Shown here: one piece after another, positions 32,888 through 45,334 of the stretch
Layout: each line of letters opens with the position of its first letter
Numbering within the stretch: position 1 is the stretch's first letter
Assembly (NCBI GenBank): GCA_963785725.1
Contig: CAWAWS010000016.1
Span: 320,001 to 384,000, forward strand
Reading direction: 5' to 3'
Length of the DNA stretch: 64,000 nucleotides
Source of the DNA: an uncultured delta proteobacterium
Lineage (GTDB): Bacteria > Myxococcota_A > Polyangia > Palsa-1104
Program-made: the position numbers and the translations under genes
Notes under the pieces: model-generated
Seen by the model: the letters and a program-made list of their open reading frames with translations, nothing else
Told to the model about the DNA's origin: nothing
The model's database searches: none

Positions 32888-35791
32888 ATGAAGCGCCAAG
32901 CCTATGCCCTCCTCGCCTGCGCCGCGGTTGCCGGTTGCCACGGCAGCTCCGACGTCATCGGCTCCACCAGCTTCCTCTCGTCCGCGCCGGCCGGCACGTC
33001 GGCGGGCGGCCAAGGCGGCGTCAGCGCCGGCGGCGCCGCCGGCGCGTCGAACGGCGCCACCGCGCCGACCACCGGCGCGACCACGACGACGACGTCGACG
33101 ACCCGCACGGTGGAGGAGACCGACCTCTACCGCTTGGAAGGCACGCGGCTCTACTACCTGAACGGCTATCGCGGCCTTATGGTCTTCGACGTCAGCAACG
33201 TCGATCAGCCGAAGCTGCTCGGCCACTCGCCCATTTACGGCTCGCCCGTCGACATGGTCGTCAACAACGGCATCGCCACCGTCGTCGTCGGCGATTGGTA
33301 CGGCCAGATGGAGGACGGCACGCCCTTTCACGGCTCGATCGTGCGCGGCCTCGACGCCACCGACCCGACGAACATCAAGGTCATCGGCGAGGCGAAGTTG
33401 GGCGGCTGGGTGCAGGATGACCGCGTCGTCGGCAACGTCCTCTACGCCGTCAGCATCGACTACGGCTGGAGCTACGGCTGGGACTATTACGGCGGCGCGC
33501 AGACGTCGGTCATCGTCTCGTCGGTCAACTTCGCCAACGGCGCCGTGCAGGCGGTCGGCTCGCAGACGTTCGCCGGCTACACCGGCATCTTCAACGTCAC
33601 GCCCAACTCCATCTTGCTCGCGCACGACTCGGCCGTCGACGCGAGCAGCACCGACCTCGTCTACCTCGACATCAGCGACCCCGCCGGCGCCATCGTCCAG
33701 CGCGGCACCGCGCGCGTGCACGGCCACGCCGAAGGCTGGGGCGCCGACAACGGCCGCTGGAATCTCGACTTCGCCGACGGCAAGACCGCGCACGTCGTCG
33801 GCTGCGCCGGCGCGCAGGGCTACTGCGACGGCTCGGGCGGCTACATCTTGGCCACCGTCGACTTCAGCGTGCCCAACATCCCCGTCCTGCAGTCGGAGCT
33901 GGCGATTCCGTCGGCGGGCTGGAGCGTCGCCGCGCGCTTCGACAGCGGCCGGCTCTATCTCTCGCCCGACAACTACGAGACCCAAAGCGGCTCGACGCCG
34001 TTCCAAGTCTACGACTTGACGAACCCGCAAGCGCCGGTGCTGGCCGGCTCGGCGTCGATCCCGGGCACGGTGTGGAACATCCTGCCGGCGCCGCAGCAGC
34101 GCATCTTCGCGCTCGGCAACGACTGGGGCAGCTCGGATTCGTCGGACGCCGTGTCGCTGAAATACCTCGACGTGACCGATCCCGCGAACCCGACGCTCAT
34201 CGGCAACTCCGAGTTCGGCCAAGGCTGGGCCTGGACGCCGGCCGCGGGCACGTTCAAGGCGTTCACGATGGACGCGACGCAAGGGCTCGTCGTCCTGCCC
34301 TTCGCCGGCTGGGATGACACGACGAACGCCTACAACAACGGGCTGCAGCTCATCGAGTTCACGCCCACGAGCGAGACGACGGCGGGCGCAGCCCACGCGC
34401 ACGGCTGGGTCGAGCGCGGCATCTTCGTCGCCAATCGGCTGGTGTCGCTGAGCGATCTGTCGCTGTCGGTCGTCGACTACTCGAACCACGCGGCGCCGGT
34501 GGTGACGGCCGAGCTGACGCTGGCGCGCAACGTCGTCGCCGCGCAGCCGGGCGGCGCGACGATCGCCGAGGTCTCGAGCGACTGGTGGGACAACGATCTG
34601 ACGTCGTCGCAGGTGCGCGTCCTGCCGATCGGCAACTCCGACGAAGCCGTCGACATGCCGAGCGCGCCCAGCGTCAACGTCGACGGCGTCAACGCGCAGG
34701 TCTTCCACAACGGCAACTTCGAATACATCGTCACCAACGTGCGCGTGAACGGCGCCTGCCCCGACGGCTACTCGGCGCCGTGCTACAGCCGCGCCGAGCA
34801 GGTCCAGGTCGTCGACCTCTCGAACGGCGGCGCCGTCTTGCGCGGCAAGGTGACGCTGCCGCTCGACCCGTGGGGCTGGTACGGCTGGGGCTGGTTCGGC
34901 TTCTACTACTACGACTGGTACGACGGCGCCGACATGGTGCAGTTCGCGCCCGACGGCCTCGCCTTCCGTCGCTGGGAGCCGATTTGGGGCGCCAACGGCC
35001 AATATCTCGACAGCAACAGCGCGCTCTTCGTCGTCGATCTGGCCAACGCTGACGCGCCCAAGGTCGCCTCCGTCACCATCACCGACGATCCGCAGGGCTG
35101 GTGGGGCAACTTACGCGTCATCGGCAGCACGCTCTATTCGAGCCACTACGAGTGGTACGACCGCACGGGCGACTACAACGGCTGGCGCGTGCGCTATTAC
35201 GCCGACCGCATCGACCTGAGCGATCGCAGCCATCCGCGCGTCGAGGCCAAGATCAACACGCCCGGCATCCTCGTCGGCGGCTCCGACTCCGATCCGTCGA
35301 TCTTGTACACCATCGATTACCACTGGGATTGGAACAGCAACTTCGAGCGCAACGAGCTCGACGTCGTGCGCGTCAGCGGCCACACGGCCAAGCTCGTCGG
35401 CCGCACCGACGTCGACGGCTGGATCGGCCAGACGTTCATCCGCGGCACGACCGCGTACATGGCCGCGCAGCACTACGACGACGGCAGCGGCAACACGCAG
35501 CTCAACCTGCACGCGATCGATCTGACGAATCCTGAGCATCCCATCGATCGCGTGGCGCCGACGCAGCACGGCTGGGGCTGGCTGCTCGACGTGCAAGGCG
35601 ATCGCGCGCTCGTGCAGTCGGGCTGGGGCCCGGATGGTCTCGACATCTATCAGCTGAGCGACACGGCGGCGCCCAAGTTCAGCCAGTTCGTGCGCACGCG
35701 CGGCTGGGGCGTCAACACGGTGTCGCGCCAGGACAACACGCTGTTCCTGTCGAGCGGCTATTGGGGCGTGCAGCCGATCAGCTTGCAGTAA
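32888..35791 (+). CDS. beta-propeller domain lipoprotein
   Basis: Lipobox VAGC; VEETDLY...GLMVFDVSN; repeated xDLSNPxxP strands; Trp/Tyr-rich. Confidence 0.8.
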   Translation: MKRQAYALLACAAVAGCHGSSDVIGSTSFLSSAPAGTSAGGQGGVSAGGAAGASNGATAPTTGATTTTTSTTRTVEETDLYRLEGTRLYYLNGYRGLMVFDVSNVDQPKLLGHSPIYGSPVDMVVNNGIATVVVGDWYGQMEDGTPFHGSIVRGLDATDPTNIKVIGEAKLGGWVQDDRVVGNVLYAVSIDYGWSYGWDYYGGAQTSVIVSSVNFANGAVQAVGSQTFAGYTGIFNVTPNSILLAHDSAVDASSTDLVYLDISDPAGAIVQRGTARVHGHAEGWGADNGRWNLDFADGKTAHVVGCAGAQGYCDGSGGYILATVDFSVPNIPVLQSELAIPSAGWSVAARFDSGRLYLSPDNYETQSGSTPFQVYDLTNPQAPVLAGSASIPGTVWNILPAPQQRIFALGNDWGSSDSSDAVSLKYLDVTDPANPTLIGNSEFGQGWAWTPAAGTFKAFTMDATQGLVVLPFAGWDDTTNAYNNGLQLIEFTPTSETTAGAAHAHGWVERGIFVANRLVSLSDLSLSVVDYSNHAAPVVTAELTLARNVVAAQPGGATIAEVSSDWWDNDLTSSQVRVLPIGNSDEAVDMPSAPSVNVDGVNAQVFHNGNFEYIVTNVRVNGACPDGYSAPCYSRAEQVQVVDLSNGGAVLRGKVTLPLDPWGWYGWGWFGFYYYDWYDGADMVQFAPDGLAFRRWEPIWGANGQYLDSNSALFVVDLANADAPKVASVTITDDPQGWWGNLRVIGSTLYSSHYEWYDRTGDYNGWRVRYYADRIDLSDRSHPRVEAKINTPGILVGGSDSDPSILYTIDYHWDWNSNFERNELDVVRVSGHTAKLVGRTDVDGWIGQTFIRGTTAYMAAQHYDDGSGNTQLNLHAIDLTNPEHPIDRVAPTQHGWGWLLDVQGDRALVQSGWGPDGLDIYQLSDTAAPKFSQFVRTRGWGVNTVSRQDNTLFLSSGYWGVQPISLQ

Positions 35792-35826
35792 CCCGCGGTA
35801 ACTAAACTAGCTTATATTAAGCTTCT

Positions 35827-37620
<1,794 letters not shown>

Positions 37621-37683
37621 GCGCCGAGTCTAATGGATAGGTCGAGCAGCGCCGACGACAAAGGCGTGTCACCTTTAACGGGT

Positions 37684-38595
37684 ATGCAAGAAGTGCATGG
37701 GTTCGCCGTCACGCGTCATGGGCGGTCGTGGTCGGCGCTGCTGCTCGGCCTGTTGCTGTTGCACGCCGCGCCAGCGCGCGCCGAGGCGCTGGCCGCCGCC
37801 AGCGCGCCCGGCGGCAGCGACAGCGGAACGGCGGCGCTGGCGGCGCGCTTCGCGCCCATCGTCTACTTCGATCAGCGCGTCCCCGGCGATCACGGCAAGA
37901 GCTCGAAGTGCTTACCGCAGAGCGCCGAGCCCTATTACGAAGCGCACATTCACGGCGATCGTCGCCGCATCTGCAATCAAGACGTGCGTTCACTCGACGA
38001 CGCGCCCGCTTATTACGAGGTCGCGCAGATCAACGACTCCACGTTCATTACTTATTGGTTCTTCTACGGCTATCAAGGCACCTGCTTGACCGGCTTCGGC
38101 AGCCACGACTCCGACTGGGAGCGCATCGCCGTCCGCGTCGCCCGCGGCCAGCTGCGCGACGTCGTCTATTGGCAGCACAACGGCCGCTACACGCGGCGCG
38201 CCGAGCACGTGCGCTTGGAGGGCGACCATCCCGTCGTCTTCTCGGGCAAGAACAGCCACGGCTCGTATCACGACACCGGCGGCTCGGGCGGCTGCCGCTA
38301 TTTCGCCGACTATCGCAATCCCGGCGGACGGAAACTGAAGTGGCAAACGGCGCTGCACTTGCAGTCGCTGGCCGCGCAGAGCGAGGCGTGGATGACGGCG
38401 CCCGCGTCCGCCGACGGCTGGTCCAAAGAGAAGCCGCCGACGCGGCGCCGCAATTCGCTCGAGGAGACCGTCTGCCGCGACGACGCCGGCCGCTTGAAGA
38501 TCGCCGGCATCACGTTCGCGAAGACGAACACCTGCGCGCGCAGCGACTACCGCGACCCACACATGCGCATCGCCGCCCTCGCCAACACGCCTTGA
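37684..38595 (+). CDS. secreted NPP1/Vps62-like protein
   Basis: Signal peptide; FAPIVYF, YWFFY, GSHDSDWE, QHNG, HPVVF...SHGSY. Confidence 0.6.
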   Translation: MQEVHGFAVTRHGRSWSALLLGLLLLHAAPARAEALAAASAPGGSDSGTAALAARFAPIVYFDQRVPGDHGKSSKCLPQSAEPYYEAHIHGDRRRICNQDVRSLDDAPAYYEVAQINDSTFITYWFFYGYQGTCLTGFGSHDSDWERIAVRVARGQLRDVVYWQHNGRYTRRAEHVRLEGDHPVVFSGKNSHGSYHDTGGSGGCRYFADYRNPGGRKLKWQTALHLQSLAAQSEAWMTAPASADGWSKEKPPTRRRNSLEETVCRDDAGRLKIAGITFAKTNTCARSDYRDPHMRIAALANTP

Positions 38596-38664
38596 CGCCG
38601 CCGCCGCCGCCGCCGACCGACGATTGACCCTCGCAACTACTGCGGTTACTTTTAGCGGCGTCCC

Positions 38665-39090
38665 ATGAGCTCCAACAGCCGCTACTCGGTCTCGGTGCAC
38701 ATCTTGTTGATGCTGCAAGATCCCGACGGCGATTGGGTCACGAGCGAGTGGATCGCCGGCAGCGTCAACACCAACCCGGTCGTCATTCGCCGCCTCCTGC
38801 GCGCGCTGCAAGCGGTCGGGCTCGTCGCCGGGCAAAAGGGCGCGCACGGCGGCTATCGACTGGCGCGCTCGTGTCAGACGATCACGATGTGGGAGGTCTA
38901 CGCGGCGATGCGCGAAGACGGCCCGTTTGGCCTGCACGCCGCCAAGCCGAACCCGCGCTGTCCCATCGGCGGGCGCATTCAGAAGCACTTGCGCGGCATC
39001 TACGACGCCACCGAAGCCTCGATGGAGCGCGTGCTCGACAAGACGACGCTCGGCAGCCTGCGCAAGCAGATCACGTCGAACAGTCAGTGA
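38665..39090 (+). CDS. Rrf2 family regulator (YwnA-like)
   Basis: TSEWIAGSVNTNPVVIRR, GAHGGY, PNPRCPIG. Confidence 0.9.
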   Translation: MSSNSRYSVSVHILLMLQDPDGDWVTSEWIAGSVNTNPVVIRRLLRALQAVGLVAGQKGAHGGYRLARSCQTITMWEVYAAMREDGPFGLHAAKPNPRCPIGGRIQKHLRGIYDATEASMERVLDKTTLGSLRKQITSNSQ

Positions 39091-39123
39091 CCGTAAGCGA
39101 CCGCGACCATGATTACGCCTCGT

Positions 39124-39236
39124 GTTAGTTAACGCGAACGACAATCATTGCGCGCTCGGTTAGTTAACGCGAACGACAACCTTTGCGCATTCGGTTAGTT
39201 AACGCGAACGACAATCATTGCGCGGACGGTTAACTG
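39124..39236. repeat. 35-bp tandem repeat, 3 copies plus partial copies
   Basis: gttagttaacgcgaacgacaatcattgcgc.. starting at 39124, 39159 and 39194. Confidence 0.9.
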
Positions 39237-39256
39237 CTTGGCTGGCCGCGCGCGCG

Positions 39257-41767
39257 TCAACGACCGATGGCGCGCAGCTCGAGGAGCGGCGTTTCGCCGT
39301 CGACGAGCTGGCTCGGGCGGGCGTCGACGAAGCAGTCGAGCATCCAGTCCTCGTCCTCTTCGGGATCGAGGATGCGCTGGCGCGCCGTGAACGTGCCCGG
39401 CGCCTCGGCCGGCTTGAGCTCCGTCTGATTCGGCCGGCGCGCGCGCGGCGTGACGTCGATGCGCGCGTGCTCGGCCCAATAGGGCGCCAGCGCCGCGGCC
39501 AGCCGCTCGGCCGTCCAGGGCGCGTCGCCGGCGGGCGCGCGCACCATCGCCGCCGCCTCTTCGTACTGCTTGTCCGCCAAGGCCTTGAGCAGCCGGTGCA
39601 GCTCGCCGCGGACGCGCGCGCCCACCGTGCGCGTGTCGTCGACCGTCGGCTGCGTCTGCGGCACGAGCACGACGCGCCTGGCAGGATTCGTGGGATCCCG
39701 CAGTTGCTGCCACTCGTCGAGCAGGCTGGAGTCGACCGTCCGCAACATCGAGCGCAACAGATCGAGGATGTCGTCGATCTCTTCGGAGCGCGCCTCTTGC
39801 GGGACCGTCTGCAAGAGCGCCTTGTACGTCTCGTTGACGTAGCGCAGCAGCACGCCTTCGGAGCGCTGCAGCTCGTAGTCGCGCACGTAGTCGTGGAAGC
39901 TGCAGAACTTCTCGACCATGTCGCGCGCCACCGACTTCGGGCGAATGCTCTCCTGCCCGACCCACGGATGCTTGGCCACGAAGGTGTTGAACGCGTCGTA
40001 GATGAACTCGCCGCCGGGCTTGGGCCAGGTGATCTTGTCGAGCTCTTCCATGCGCTCGGCGTATTCGACGCCGGCCATCTTCAGCTCGGCCAGCTTCTCG
40101 GTCTTGGCGCGATTGACCTGCGCGAAGAGGACGACCATCGGGTTCTCGAGGATCGACTCGACGAGCGACAACACGTCGAGCGCGTAGTTGGGCGACGATT
40201 GGTCAACCAACTTGACGGTCTCGACCAAGAACAGCGCCAGCGTGTGATGCAGCGAGAAGTCGTGCTGCAGCTCGGCGCTCACTTCGACCAGCGGATGGCG
40301 CGCGCGCTCGTCGGTGACGACGTTGATGATGCCGGCGCGGCGCAGCGTGCGAAACAGAGTCGCCGCCGTGCGCCTGAGCTGCCGCTTGCCCCACTCGTTG
40401 GAATGCGAGCGGCGAATGATCTCGACGAGCCGGCGATAGCCGCGCGGATCGCCTTGCAAGAGCGCCAACAACATCCCGTGTGAGACGACGAAGCGCGACT
40501 CGAGCGGCTCCGGCTTCTTCTCCAAGATGCGCTCGAACGTCTCGCGATCCCAATGCACGTAGCCTTTTTGCGGCGGCTTCTGCATCACCACTTTCTTGCC
40601 CGCCGCTTTCTTCTCCTGCAGCTTCAGGTTCTCGATGACGTGCTCGGGCGCCTGCACGACGACGTAGCCGCGCTCGTCGAAGCCTTTGCGACCGGCGCGA
40701 CCGGCGATCTGATGGAAGTCGCGCACGCTCAAGATGGCCGACTTCTCGCCGTCGTATTTGCACAGCTGCGTAAAGAGGACGGTGCGGATGGGGATGTTGA
40801 TGCCCATGCCGAGCGTGTCGGTGCCGGAGACGACCTTGAGCAGGCCCTGCTGCGCCAATTTCTCGACGAGCAGGCGATACTTCGGCAGCAGCCCGGCGTG
40901 ATGCAGCCCGATGCCGGCGCGAATGAAGCGCTGAAAGTCTTTGGCGTAGGGCGTGTCGAACTTGAAGTCGGCGATGGCTTCGGCGATCGCCTGCTTCTCT
41001 TCCTTCGTGCAGATGTTGATGCTGGTGAGGTTCTGCGCCTGCTCGGCGGCGGCGCGCTGCGTGAAATTTACTAGGTAAACGGGATAACGCTTGAGCGCGA
41101 TCAGCTTCTCCAGCGTCTCGTGCAGCGGCGTCTCGCGATAGTCGTACTCGAGCGGCACCGGCCGTTCCGTCGAGCGCACGACCGCGACTTCGCGCTTGGT
41201 CAGCTCGACGAGGCTCTTCTCGATGACGCTGGTATCGCCGAGCGTCGCCGACATGAGCAAGAAGGTCGCGTCGTTACAAATGAGCAGCGGAATCTGCCAC
41301 GCGACGCCGCGCTCTTTGTCGGCGTAGTAGTGGAACTCGTCCATGACGACGTATTCGATGCGCGCGTTCTTGTCGCGTAAGGCCAGGTTGGCGAGGATCT
41401 CGGCCGTGCAGCAGATGATCTTGGCGCCGGGGTTGATGGCGGCGTCGCCGGTGAGCATGCCGACGTTGTCGGCGCCGAACTCGTTGCACAGCGCGAAGAA
41501 CTTCTCGTTCACGAGCGCCTTGATCGGGCACGTGTAATAGGAGACGCGGCCTTCGGCGAGCGCCTTGAAGTGCAGCGCCGTGGCGACGAGCGACTTGCCC
41601 GAGCCGGTGGGCGTGTTGAGGATGACGTGCTTGCCGGCGAACAGCTCGAGGATGGCCTCTTCCTGCGCGGGATAGAGCGACAGGCCGGCTTCCGCGACGT
41701 GCGCGACGAAGCGTTCGAGCACGTCGTCGGCGGTTTTGACTCCTACGGCTAGGCTGGCGAGAGACAC
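39257..41767 (-). CDS. Ski2-like DEAD/DEAH-box helicase (DUF3516 type)
   Basis: PTGSGKS, PIKAL, MDEFHYY, MSAT, HHAGL, QIAGRAGRKG, RSEGVLLRY. Confidence 0.9.
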   Translation of the reverse strand: MSLASLAVGVKTADDVLERFVAHVAEAGLSLYPAQEEAILELFAGKHVILNTPTGSGKSLVATALHFKALAEGRVSYYTCPIKALVNEKFFALCNEFGADNVGMLTGDAAINPGAKIICCTAEILANLALRDKNARIEYVVMDEFHYYADKERGVAWQIPLLICNDATFLLMSATLGDTSVIEKSLVELTKREVAVVRSTERPVPLEYDYRETPLHETLEKLIALKRYPVYLVNFTQRAAAEQAQNLTSINICTKEEKQAIAEAIADFKFDTPYAKDFQRFIRAGIGLHHAGLLPKYRLLVEKLAQQGLLKVVSGTDTLGMGINIPIRTVLFTQLCKYDGEKSAILSVRDFHQIAGRAGRKGFDERGYVVVQAPEHVIENLKLQEKKAAGKKVVMQKPPQKGYVHWDRETFERILEKKPEPLESRFVVSHGMLLALLQGDPRGYRRLVEIIRRSHSNEWGKRQLRRTAATLFRTLRRAGIINVVTDERARHPLVEVSAELQHDFSLHHTLALFLVETVKLVDQSSPNYALDVLSLVESILENPMVVLFAQVNRAKTEKLAELKMAGVEYAERMEELDKITWPKPGGEFIYDAFNTFVAKHPWVGQESIRPKSVARDMVEKFCSFHDYVRDYELQRSEGVLLRYVNETYKALLQTVPQEARSEEIDDILDLLRSMLRTVDSSLLDEWQQLRDPTNPARRVVLVPQTQPTVDDTRTVGARVRGELHRLLKALADKQYEEAAAMVRAPAGDAPWTAERLAAALAPYWAEHARIDVTPRARRPNQTELKPAEAPGTFTARQRILDPEEDEDWMLDCFVDARPSQLVDGETPLLELRAIGR

Positions 41768-41789
41768 GCGCGCACTCTACGATGGATTC

Positions 41790-42257
41790 ATGCACACGCC
41801 CATCGTCATGCGACCCATCGGCACGGTTGTCGGCACGCGCAAGGAGCCTACCGACGACGATTGGAGCAAGGAGTCGGCCGAAATCGTGCTCGACGAGGCG
41901 CAATTCGCGCCGGCGGCGCTGGCGGGGATTACGGATTTCACGCACGTGCAGGTGCTGTACGTCATGCACGGCGTGGCCGAAGGCGACGTCGAGACCGAGG
42001 CGCGCCACCCGCGCAACCGCGCCGACTGGCCCAAAGTCGGCATTTTCGCGCAGCGGGCGAAGCGGCGGCCCAATCGCATCGGGCTCGCCTGTTGCCGCAT
42101 CGTCGGCGTCGATGGGTTGCGGCTGCGCGTGGAGGATTTGGACGCGATCGACGGCACGCCGGTGCTCGACGTCAAGCCGTGGGTGCGCGAGTTCGGGCCG
42201 CGTGGCGAGGTGAGGCAGCCGGCGTGGATGACGGAGCTGATGAAGGACTATTTCTAG
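41790..42257 (+). CDS. TsaA/TrmO-like SAM-binding methyltransferase family protein
   Basis: RPIG, GIFAQR..RPNRIG, LDAIDGTPVLDVKP. Confidence 0.85.
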   Translation: MHTPIVMRPIGTVVGTRKEPTDDDWSKESAEIVLDEAQFAPAALAGITDFTHVQVLYVMHGVAEGDVETEARHPRNRADWPKVGIFAQRAKRRPNRIGLACCRIVGVDGLRLRVEDLDAIDGTPVLDVKPWVREFGPRGEVRQPAWMTELMKDYF

Positions 42258-42673
42258 CCGGAAAGTCACTGCCCGGACCAAGGGAGCAGTCTCTTCTTCG
42301 AGCGACTGCATCGCTCGTGGTCGCCGGGGCGACCTTACGGCTGATCGGGAAGCGGCGGCTTCGAGGGCTGCTGTCGCGCTGCGCGGTTGGCTGCGCGTGG
42401 CTGCTCCGGTCGCGCATGGCGGCGTTCGGCCGTGCATCGCGCGCGGGTGCTGCGCATGACGCGGTGGCGGCGCCCCGGTCGCGCTCGAGTGGTGGCCGGC
42501 TCGGCGACGCTGGGCGGGCGCGCGGTGCGCGCGCCCGGCGTCGCTCCGTCGGAATCGGCCATCCGCCCGATCGGGCCACGCCGGCTGAAGGTTTATCTCG
42601 GGACGGCGCGCTCGGCACCGACGCGCGCCCCCAACAGCGACGTCAGCATCGAGCACAGCGCGACGCGCTCGCG

Positions 42674-43438
42674 CTAGCTGGCGGCGGCGGCCGAAAGCGC
42701 GCGCAACGTCATGTCGCGGGCGAGCTCGAACGCGCGCGGACCGCGATCGAGATGGAACGGCGAGAGGCGCGGCAGCTCCGGCTCGTGCAGCAGATGCAGA
42801 CGCGGGCGCGACGGCACTTTGTTGAGGCCGGGCGTGAACCGGCGCCACGGCGAATGCGTCGGCAGGTGGTGATAGAGCACGACGGCGCCGTCGCTGGCGG
42901 CGGCGATGCCGGCGCGATCGGCGATGCCGCCGTCGAGATAGTTGCGGTGATCGATCTGCACCGGCTGGAACATGCCGGGCACGCTGCAGGATGCGCGGAT
43001 CGCCGGCGCCAGCGCGCCCGAGTCGAGCGTGACCGTCTTGCGCGCGGCGACATCGAAGGCGACGAGGCGGACGCGCAGCTTACAGTCGGCGAAGGTGCGC
43101 ACCTGGATGGGCTCGAGCGCGTCGGTGAGGAGCTGCTCGAAGCGCTCGCCGCGCAGGAAGCCGACGCGCCGCTTGCCGAGGCCGAACAGCGGATCGGGAT
43201 CCCAGAAGTCGCGCCGTTCGAGCGTAAAGAGGCGCTCGCGAATGAGCGACGCCGGCACGCCGGCGCCCCACAAGCCGGTCACGAGCGCGCCGGCGCTGGA
43301 GCCACCGACGAGCGACGGGACGAGCGCGGTCTCTTCGAGCGCTTGCACGACGCCGGCGTGGGCGAAGAAGCCGAAGAAGCCGGACGAAAGAATGAGCTCG
43401 AACGGCTCGCGCCGCAGTAGGTCGGCCAGTGGGGTCAC
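42674..43438 (-). CDS. patatin-like phospholipase
   Basis: SSGFFGFFAHAG, GSSAG, ASCSVP, DGG. Confidence 0.88.
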   Translation of the reverse strand: MTPLADLLRREPFELILSSGFFGFFAHAGVVQALEETALVPSLVGGSSAGALVTGLWGAGVPASLIRERLFTLERRDFWDPDPLFGLGKRRVGFLRGERFEQLLTDALEPIQVRTFADCKLRVRLVAFDVAARKTVTLDSGALAPAIRASCSVPGMFQPVQIDHRNYLDGGIADRAGIAAASDGAVVLYHHLPTHSPWRRFTPGLNKVPSRPRLHLLHEPELPRLSPFHLDRGPRAFELARDMTLRALSAAAAS

Positions 43439-43471
43439 GGCGCGACTCTAGCAGGTATCGCGTCAGCCGCT

Positions 43472-43611
43472 GCTGTCGTCGGCACGTCGTCGCCGGCCCG
43501 CTGTCGTCGGCTCGCTGTCGTCGCCTCGATGTCGTCGGCACGTCGTCGCCGGCCCGCTGTCGTCGGCTCGCTGTCGTCCGCTCGCGGTCGTCGCCTCGCT
43601 GTCGTCGTCGG
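43472..43611. repeat. 14-bp tandem repeat, about 10 copies, with 56-bp higher-order unit
   Basis: Consensus gctgtcgtcggctc; units at 43472 + 14n; the block 43472-43527 is nearly repeated at 43528-43583. Confidence 0.85.
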
Positions 43612-43720
43612 GCGAGCCACGCTGACGCACCTTGGCATGCGCCTACGACGGAGTGGCTGGTCTCGCACGCGCTCCCCGTATACGATTTGCGCCGAGGCGG
43701 TGACCGATGCGAGCTGCGCC

Positions 43721-45320
43721 ATGAGAGCCGGAATGATGGACGTGCCGCTGACCATCGAGCGCGTCCTCGAACGCGCCAGCGGATTCGGCGCCATCGAGGT
43801 CGTGTCGCGCCGGCCGGACAAGTCGCTGCATCGCACGACTTACGCGCACGTCGTCGAGCGCTCGCGGCGCCTTGCGCGCGCGCTGGTCGCGGCCGGGATT
43901 CGTCCCGGCGATCGCGTGGCGACACTGATGTGGAATCACGCCGCGCACCTCGAGGCCTACTTGGGCGTGCCGCTGGCGGGCGCGGTCATTCACACGCTCA
44001 ATCTGCGACTGCACCCCGACGACATCGCGTTCATCGCGTCCGATGCCGCCGATCGCTGGCTGCTCGTCGACGAATGTCTTTTGCCGCTCCTGGAGAAATT
44101 TCGCGAGCGGGCGCCGTTCGAGCGCATCTTCGTCGTCGCTGCCACCACGCCGCCGCCGGCGTCGCTCGAGGACTACGAGGCGCTCCTCGCCGGCGCGCCC
44201 GACGTCGCGCTGCCGACGCTGACCGAGCTGCAGCCGCTCGGCATGTGCTACACGAGCGGCACGACGGGGCGCCCCAAAGGCGTCGTCTACACCCATCGCT
44301 CGACGATTCTGCACACGCTCATCACCGCTCTGCCGGACGCGCTCGGCATCTCGCGCGCCGACACGCTGCTGCCGGTGGTGCCGATGTTTCACGTCAACGC
44401 GTGGGGTCTGCCGTATGTCGCGGCGCTCGTCGGGGCCAAGCAGGTCTATCCGGGACCGCACCTCGATCCGGTCAGCGTGCTCGACTTGATGGCCGGCGAA
44501 CAGGTGACGATCGCGGCCGGCGTGCCGACGATGTGGATGGGCATTCGCGACGCGCTCGACGCCCAGCCCGGACATTGGCGAGCTGCGCCCCGGGATTCGC
44601 ATGGTCGTCGGCGGATCGGCGGCGCCGGAGCAGCTCATTCGCGACTTCGATCGGCAGGGCCTGACGCTGTTGCACGCCTGGGGAATGACCGAGACGTCGC
44701 CGATCGGCACCGTGTCGCGGCTGCCGCCGGAGATGGCGGCGCTCGACGAGGATGAGCGCTATCGGCTACGCGGCAAGCAGGGATCGGCGGTGCCGTTCGT
44801 CGAGCTGCGCGTGCGCAACGAGGCCGGCGACGTCGCGGCCGACGGCAAGACCTCGGGCGAGCTGCAGGTGCGCGGGCCGTGGATCGCCAGCCGTTACCAC
44901 AACGACCAGGATCCCGAGCGCTGGACCGCTGACGGCTTCTTTCGCACCGGCGACGTCGCCAACATCGATCGCCACGGCTTCGTGCAGCTCGTCGATCGCA
45001 CCGCCGATCTCATCAAGTCCGGCGGCGAGTGGATCGCCTCGGTGGAGCTGGAGAACGCGCTCATGGGTCATCCGGCCGTGCGCGAGGCGGCGGTCGTGGG
45101 CGCGCCGCATCCGCGCTGGAGCGAGCGGCCCATCGCCGCCGTCGTCTTGAAGGCGGGCGCCAGCGCCAGCGACGAGGAGCTGCGCGCCTTCTTGGGCGCG
45201 AAGTTCGCCAAATATTGGCTCCCCGACGCGTTCGTCTTCATGGACGCGATCCCCCGAACGAGCGCCGGCAAGTTCAAGAAGACCGAGCTGCGCGAGCGCT
45301 TCAAAGACTGGAAGTGGTGA
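43721..45320 (+). CDS. long-chain fatty acid-CoA ligase (frameshift near 44580)
   Basis: [20 protein letters not shown], then WGMTE, RTGD, IKSGGE and AGKFKK in the second frame. Confidence 0.9.
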
Positions 45321-45334
45321 GGATGGAAGGATCG

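Noticed and set aside
35792..35826. AT-rich gap between convergent genes as another operator array
   Set aside because: Only a short gtaac duplication and a weak agctt/aagct IR; too short to support a call.
39124..39236. CRISPR array or plasmid iterons
   Set aside because: Contiguous 35-bp units without unique spacers; no rep gene nearby.
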